This document shows, piece by piece, positions 57,178 to 64,000 of a stretch of 64,000 nt of DNA (the stretch's first letter is position 1; the number at the start of each line of letters is the position of its first letter). Below the pieces are notes generated by a model. That model ran no database searches and was not told the DNA's origin. It saw nothing but the letters and a program-made list of their open reading frames with translations. The stretch lies in the NCBI RefSeq assembly GCF_009914755.1, contig NC_060937.1. One strand, given 5' to 3'. This DNA comes from the human T2T-CHM13v2.0 reference genome, Homo sapiens. The translations under genes were made by a program, and so were the position numbers.

Positions 57178-59562
57178 TGTATTAGTTCATTCTCACACTC
57201 CTACAAAGAACTACCTGGGACTGGGAAATTTATAAAGAAAAGAGGTTTAATTGATTCACAGTTCCACAAGCTGTCTAAAAAGCATACCTAGGGAGGCCTC
57301 AGGAAACTTACAATCATGACAGATGGTGAAAGAGAAGCCCACACGTGTTGGGAGCAGGAGGAAGAGAAGAGAGGGCAAAAGAGAAAGTGCCACATCTGTT
57401 TTCAAACAAACAGATATTATGAGAACTCACTCACTATCATGGGAACAGCAAAGGGGAAATACACCCCCACGATCTAATCACATTCCACCTGGCCCCTCCT
57501 TCAACGCTGGAAATTATAATTTGATATTAGGCTTGAGTGGAGACACAAAACCAAACCATATCATTCTGCCCCAGACTTCTCCAAAATCCCATGTTTCTGT
57601 CACATTTCAAAACACAATCATGCCTTCCCCAAAATCCCTCAAAGTCTTAACTCATTTCAGAATTAACTCAAAAGTCCAAGTCTAAAGTCTCATCTGAGAA
57701 AAGGCAAGTGTCCCTTCCACCTACTGTAAAATCAAAAACAAGTTAGTTACTTCGAAGATTTAATGGGGGTACAGGCATTGGGTAAATGCTCCTTTTCCAA
57801 ATGGGATAAATTGGCCAAAACAAAGGGGCTACAGACCCTCTGCAAGCCCAAAATCCAGCAGACAGTCATTACATCTTAAACCTTCTACATAACTTTCTTT
57901 GACTCCATATCTTAAATCTAGGCCACACTGATGCAAGGGGTGGGCTCCCAAAGGGAGCTTGGGCAGCTCCACCCCTGTAGCTCTGCAGGGTACAGCCCCT
58001 GTGGCTGCTTCATGAGCTGGCATTGAGTGCCTGCAGCTTTCTCAGGTGCACGGTGCAAGCTGTCAGCAGATCTACCATTCTGGGGTCTAGAGGATATTGG
58101 TCCTCTTCTCACAGCTTCAAAAGGCAGTGTCCAGTTGGAGATTCTGTGTGAAGGCTCCAACCTCACGTTTCCTCTCTGCACTCACTTAGTAGAGGTTCTT
58201 CATGAAGGCTCCAACCCTGCAGCAGACTACTGCCTGGACTTCCAGATGTTTCCATACATCCTCTGAAATCTAGGTAGAAGCTCCTAAGCCTCAACTCTTA
58301 CTCTCTGCTCACCTGCAGGCTTAACACCACATGGATGCTGCCAAGGCTTGGGGCTTGCACTCTCTAAAGCAATGGCCGTAGCTGTATTTTGGTGCTTTTT
58401 AGTGATGGCTAGAGCTGGAGCAGCCATGATGTAGGGCACCATGTCCTGAGGCTGCACTTAGCAGCATGGCCCTGGGCTTGGCCCATGAAACCACTTTTCC
58501 CTCCTAGGCCTCCAAGCCTGTGTTGGGAGGGGCTGTCATGAAGGTCTCTAAAATGTCTTGGAAGCATTTTTCCCATTGTCATGGCTACTGATATTTACCT
58601 CCTCTCTATGCAAATTTCTTCAGTTGGCTTGAATTCCTCCCCAGAAAATGGGTTTTTCTTATGGTCAGGCTGAAAATTTTCTAAACTTTTATGTTCTGCT
58701 TCCCTTTTATATATAGGTTCAATTCAGACCATTTCTTTGCAAATGAATATGATATTTTGCTGTTAGAAGCATCCTGGTTACATCTTGAATGCTTTGCTGC
58801 TTAGAAATCTCTTCTGCCAGATACCCAGAATCAATTCACTCAAATTCAAAGTTCCACAGATCTCTAGGGAAGGGGTACAATACTGCCAGTCTCTTTGCTA
58901 AAGTGTAGCAAGAGTGACCCATACTCCAGTTCCTAATAAGTTTCTCATCTCCATCTGAGACCACCTCAGCCTGGACTTTACTGTCCATATCACTGTCAGC
59001 ATTTTGGTCACAACCATTCAACCAGTCTCTAGGAAGTTCTGAAGTTTCTCTCATCATCCTATCTTCCGAGCCCTTCCAACTGTTCCAAACTCTGTTACCC
59101 AGTTCCAAAGTCACTTTCACATTTTCAGTTATCTTTATAGCAATGCACCACTCTCCTGGTCTCAATTTTCTGTATTAGTCTGTTCTCATACTGCTATAAA
59201 GAACTATCTGAGACTGGGTAATTTATTAAAAAAGGAGGTTTAATTGAGGTACAGTTCCACAGACTGTACAGGAAGTATGGCTGGGGGAGGCCTCAGGAAA
59301 CTTACTATCATGGTGGAAGGCAAAGGGGAAGCCAGTATGTCTTACATGGCAGGAGCAGAAGGAACAGAAGAGATGGCAAAGAGAGACGAGCAACACACTT
59401 TCAACCAACCAGATTTCATGAGAACTTACTCAGTATTATGAGAACAGTAAGGGGGATATCTGCCCTCATAATCTAATTTCCTCCCAGCAGGCCCCTCCTT
59501 CAACACTGGAAATTAGAATTTGACATGAGATTTGGGTGGGGACACAGACCCAAACCATGTCA
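57178..59562 (-). mobile_element. Complete MaLR provirus (MSTA-like LTR-int-LTR)
   Basis: LTRs 57178-57563 and 59171-59562, ~1.6-kb MaLR internal region; TG...CA ends; TSD gtata at 57173-57177 and 59563-59567. Confidence 0.95.
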
Positions 59563-60699
59563 GTATATATATATATACTTTTGAGTCTACAAAGTACTAT
59601 ATTTCCAAGTACAAGTAATATATTTTATCTTTGATCATTACTGTTAGGTGGTGGGTATTTAGACTGTTATTTATAATATAGAGCCAAATAATTTTTTAGA
59701 GGAACCTACTGTTTGATGTTACTAAATTTTGGAATTCTGAAACTAAAAATTGCTATATTTCTGGGATAATCTCTGACACATTTTGAAACATTTTCAGGTT
59801 TAACATTTTTGTTTTAAAAATATGTTTATGTAATCTATGTAATGGGACAGCTGAATATTTATTTTTGCCTAAGTTAGCCATGATTAAACATGTTTGAAAG
59901 CCAGTGCACTAAAGGTTTGCTGATCTGGCTGGGTACAATTGTAGTCCAATCCAGTTTCTCTTTTAAGTGTGCCATACCGAGATGGCTTCTTTGTACGCCT
60001 CCTGCATTCATTCCTATTCTTCTATTATCATCATCATCGCCAAGTTACGAATTAATGGTCATCATCACCAAGTTATGAATTAATTAATCACTCTCTTCTG
60101 AGCTTTGTTTCACTTCTTTCAACCCCCTCTGCTTGTGCCCTTCCAAAATATTCTCATAATGCCCTCTGGAAAAAGCATGTATAACCTCAATATTTTCTCT
60201 GAGTATTATCTTCCTCTTTCTGTTGAAACTCGATATGATCCTTGCATGCGCATACTTTTTCCATAGTGAATGCAATCACTATGAGAGTTGCATTTCTCAA
60301 GTGAATGCAGTCTTTCAGCTCTTTATTCACTTCAATGCTGAAAATTTTGCCCACGTCATCATTTCCCCACTGTTATGCCCAGATCAATATGCTTCTATCT
60401 TCCTTATAATGAACACTTCCCTTAGGTAATGGATGGCATTTACCTGTTACTGTATTGTCTGAAATGTTTCAATGGAGCCAAACTATGATACAAACATTGG
60501 CAACTACTTACTTCCCTAGTTGTTTATAGCTAATCATCTTTTTGCAGATGATATTTAGTCCCGAAAGAGTATTTCTGATACCCTTCAGTTTTTAGATGAC
60601 AGGCAAGTGACTATACTTGTAATATTGATAGTAGTAATAACAGTGACAGATATTATTATTCTGCATATATATAATATGCATATACATAAGTGCATATAT

Positions 60700-60905
60700 A
60701 ATTAGCACTTATTATATGCCAGTTATAACTCTAAGCATTTGCCATGAATTGGCATATAAAGTCTTCACAAAATCTCTTTCACATAGAATTCCATCCTTAT
60801 TTTAGAAGTGAGGAAACTGAGGTATATAACTTAGGTAATTTGTCAGATCAGACAGTGAGGAAGTGTCATAACCTTATTCACACACAGGCAACCTTAATCT
60901 ACTAG
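60700..60905 (-). mobile_element. MIR
   Basis: agcacttattatatgccag...attttagaagtgaggaaactgagg. Confidence 0.8.
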
Positions 60906-61032
60906 AGGTCTTTCATGTGTCTTAGCAAAACTATATCTTTCAGGACTTTCTTGGAATGTACGGCTGGCCTTTGGAGAGGGGGTGAATAAGTAATATATAT
61001 TCATATACATATAGAGAGAAATATATATATAT

Positions 61033-61518
61033 AAACTTCAATAGTTTTGGGATAACAGAACAGGTAGTGTCTGGTTATATGGATAAGTTCTTTAGCGGTG
61101 ATTTCTGAGATTTTGGTGCACCCAAGCAGTGGACACTGTACCCAGTGTATAGTCTCTTATTCCTCATCCCCTTCCCACCCCTTCTTCAGAGTCCCCAAAG
61201 TCCATTGCATTATTTTCATGCCTTTGTATCCTCATAGCTTAGCTCCTACTTATGAGTGAAAACATACGATGTTTGGTTTTCCATTCCTGAGTTACTTCAC
61301 TTAGAATAATGGCCTCCTGTTCCATCCAGATTGCTGCAAATGTCATTATTATATTTCTTTTTATGGCTGAGTAGTATTCCACAGTTACTTTATCCACTGA
61401 TTGATAGATGGGGATTTGGGTTGGTTCTATATTTTTGCAATTTTGAATTGGGCCGCAAAAAATGTGCATGTGCAAGTATCTTTTTTGCATAATGAGTTCT
61501 TTTCCCCTGGGTAGATAA
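61033..61518 (-). mobile_element. L1PB-like 3' fragment
   Basis: ggataagttctttagcggtgatttctgagattttggtgcaccc; ILSEVTQEWKTKHRMFSL peptide. Confidence 0.88.
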
Positions 61519-62269
61519 AGAGGTGAATAATTCTTTATAGCAATCTAGCATACTCCTAGAAGCTAAGATATCTAATATTTGAATGTTATTATTTCAATTT
61601 TTAACATTAACAGTACCTCTTCACTGAGATAGTCTCAAGTCAGCTACACTAGAATACAATAAAGTGCTAAAATATAATTTACCTTTAAAGATAAGAAAGT
61701 CTTGTCTGGTAATTCAGCATGAATTCCAGGGCCTAAATACATTCAGCTAACTCTAATTATGGAAAAGTGTGAAATGAAGCCTGGAAACCATATTGATTCA
61801 ATGAAAGTTCAGTTTCTACTTTTAGAAGATAGTTTAACTTGTGAATGTCAATTACAGAGTTTTACTGTTGGACTTTTAAATACGGAGTATATTTTACTGA
61901 GTTTGTCATTAATTAAGCAGAGTCTTCCTTCCTTAAGAACTACTGTGACTTATGCAGGAATGTTTAATGAGAATAAGACCAAAATAGAGCTTATAAGAAT
62001 ATGATAGATGATCTCAGGCTAGGCTTTTTCTAATGCACCAACACAATAATTATGGTACCTCTAAAATAGTGTCTCTTTTAGAATAATTAGAGCCTCTGCT
62101 TCTCTTCCCATAAAACATTTGAATTCAGAATGGAACTCACTGGAATAAGTAGGCATCTGGAATCCAGAGAACACTGCTTATTCATAATGAACATATAACA
62201 CAAGTGAGCAATAAACTTTTTGTCTTTTTAATCCACTGATATTTTAGTCTACAACTTATTAGGATTAAA

Positions 62270-63200
<931 letters not shown>

Positions 63201-63259
63201 ATGGTAATATCTTCTGTTCTTTGTTGTTATTTTTCTTAATTGTAACTCTGTCTATTACA

Positions 63260-64000
63260 CAAACATACCTCAGAAATACTGTGTGATTCCAGACCACTGA
63301 AATAAAGCAAATATTGCAATAAAGCAACTCACACAAAGTTTCTGGTTTCTCAGAACATAAAAAGTTATGTTTATACTGTACTATAATTCACTAAGTGTGC
63401 AGTAGCATTATGTCTAAACAATGTACACAATTTTAAAATAATTTTTACTATAAAATGCTAACAATCACCTAAGCTTTCAGTGAATCCCATTTTGCCGGTG
63501 GAGAGTTTTGGCCTGACATTGTTGGCTCCTAACTGATCAGAGTAGTGACTACTAAAGGCTGTGGTGGCTATGGCAATTTCTTACAATAAAATAACGACGA
63601 AGCTTGCCACATCCATTGACTCTTCCTTTCATGAATGTTTTGTCTATAGCATGATTCTGCCTGATGGCATTTTAGCCTCAGTAAAACTTTCTTCAAAACT
63701 GAAGTCAATTCTCTCAATCCCTGCTGCTGCTTTATTAACTATGTTTATAGAATATTCTAAAGCCTTTATTGTCATTTCAACATTGATCACAGAATCTTCA
63801 CCAGGAACAGTTTCCATCTCAAGAAACCACTTTCTTTACTCATCCATAGAAGCAATTTCTCAGTCATTCAAGTATTATCACAAAATTGCCCCAATTCAGT
63901 CACATCTTCAGATTCTACTTCTAATTGTAGTTACCTTGCTAGCCTTACAAAATGTATTTCCTAAATAAGACTTGAAAGTCAAAATGACTCCTTGATTGGT
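63260..64000 (-). mobile_element. Tigger1 DNA transposon (3' end, continues beyond the window)
   Basis: catacctcagaaatactg...ttccagaccac...aataaagcaaatattgcaataaagc TIR end; gacttgaaagtcaaaatgactccttgat transposase remnant on the minus strand. Confidence 0.85.

Noticed and set aside
57829-59165. ORFs in the MaLR internal region
   Set aside because: Short broken remnants of a non-autonomous MST internal sequence; no intact gene.
63561-63968. 135-aa + strand ORF
   Set aside because: Antisense reading of a Tigger1 transposase remnant.

Overview
AT-rich, repeat-dense primate (hominoid, probably human) non-coding DNA from a gene desert or large intron. I found no host protein-coding gene, RNA gene or CRISPR array. 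The only recognisable coding sequence is the frameshifted ORF1/ORF2 of a near-full-length minus-strand L1PA3-like LINE-1 (about 39.8-45.8 kb) and eroded transposon/ERV remnants. The rest is Alu, older L1/L2/MIR, MaLR LTRs (including a complete MST provirus), DNA transposons and microsatellites; subfamily names come from recalled consensus sequences, not a RepeatMasker run. The notable structures are (1) a roughly 500-bp, about 99.4%-identical inverted duplication of ancient L2 sequence around a 1,146-bp spacer (20426-22572), a likely inversion/gene-conversion substrate; (2) the L1PA3 insertion, which has both a 3' transduction and a twin-priming 5' inversion inside one TSD; and (3) several smaller template-switch scars: a 91-bp copy from 2 kb away, an 86-bp palindrome and a 24-bp palindrome. 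I see no evidence for a novel protein-coding system.
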